Source of the DNA: an uncultured Gemmatimonadales bacterium
Lineage (GTDB): Bacteria > Gemmatimonadota > Gemmatimonadetes > Gemmatimonadales > GWC2-71-9
Direction of reading: 5' to 3'
Length of the DNA: 64,000 nucleotides
NCBI GenBank assembly: GCA_963798915.1
Contig: CAWCVB010000015.1
Coordinates: forward strand, 15,518-79,517
Shown here: piece after piece, positions 63,882 to 64,000 of the stretch
Position numbering within the stretch: position 1 is the stretch's first letter
How the letters are laid out: each line of letters starts with the position of its first letter
Position numbers and translations under genes: made by a program
The notes under the pieces: model-generated
Databases searched by the model: none
Seen by the model: the letters and a program-made list of their open reading frames with translations, nothing else
Told to the model about the DNA's origin: nothing

Positions 63882-64000
63882 GCCGGTCACTACGCGTCAC
63901 GATATTGGCCGCGGCTCGTGCCCTGGCTCCAGTGCGAGCAAGGCACAAGCGGGAAGGCGCACGGTCTTGTCCACCAGCTGGCCAACGCCTTCCGGCGCAG

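Noticed and set aside
63890..64000. 3' end of a minus-strand gene entering from the right edge
   Set aside because: Two frames are open over about 35 codons; too short to choose a frame or assign a product

Overview
High-GC bacterial chromosome segment, probably Gemmatimonadota (inferred from the archaeal-type ProRS, the extended S1/S2 proteins and gene order; not verified by search). Most of it is housekeeping on the minus strand: guaA, lysA, proS, hisS, folC, accD, the mreBCD-mrdA-rodA cluster, dut, ald, pnp, rpsO, the rpsB-tsf-pyrH-frr-uppS-cdsA-dxr-rseP cluster, rplM-rpsI, acyl-CoA carboxylase genes, rpsA, cmk and aroA. purEK is on the plus strand and tmRNA (tag ANSEMALAA) on the minus strand. 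Accessory elements: (1) an IS30 inserted into one arm of a CGTC-type REP doublet, whose transposase frame ends at a stop codon in the target REP; (2) a GxxExxY nuclease-like gene bracketed by a perfect 16-bp inverted repeat; (3) dispersed 7-8-bp tandem repeats, some folded back as hairpins and some translated inside hisS and cmk; (4) a three-gene islet of a metzincin lipoprotein, a MerA-like disulfide reductase lacking the MerA C-terminal cysteines, and a 38-aa classical C2H2 zinc-finger microprotein; (5) a 14-kb LacI-regulated, probable beta-1,2-glucan utilisation locus between cmk and rpsA, with a TonB receptor, GH144, ABC transporter, an unassigned 1037-aa multidomain glycosidase-like protein, and an antisense GH1 gene splitting the operon. 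Four +1 frameshifts (two in the IS30 transposase, one each in rseP and pccB) look like long-read errors.
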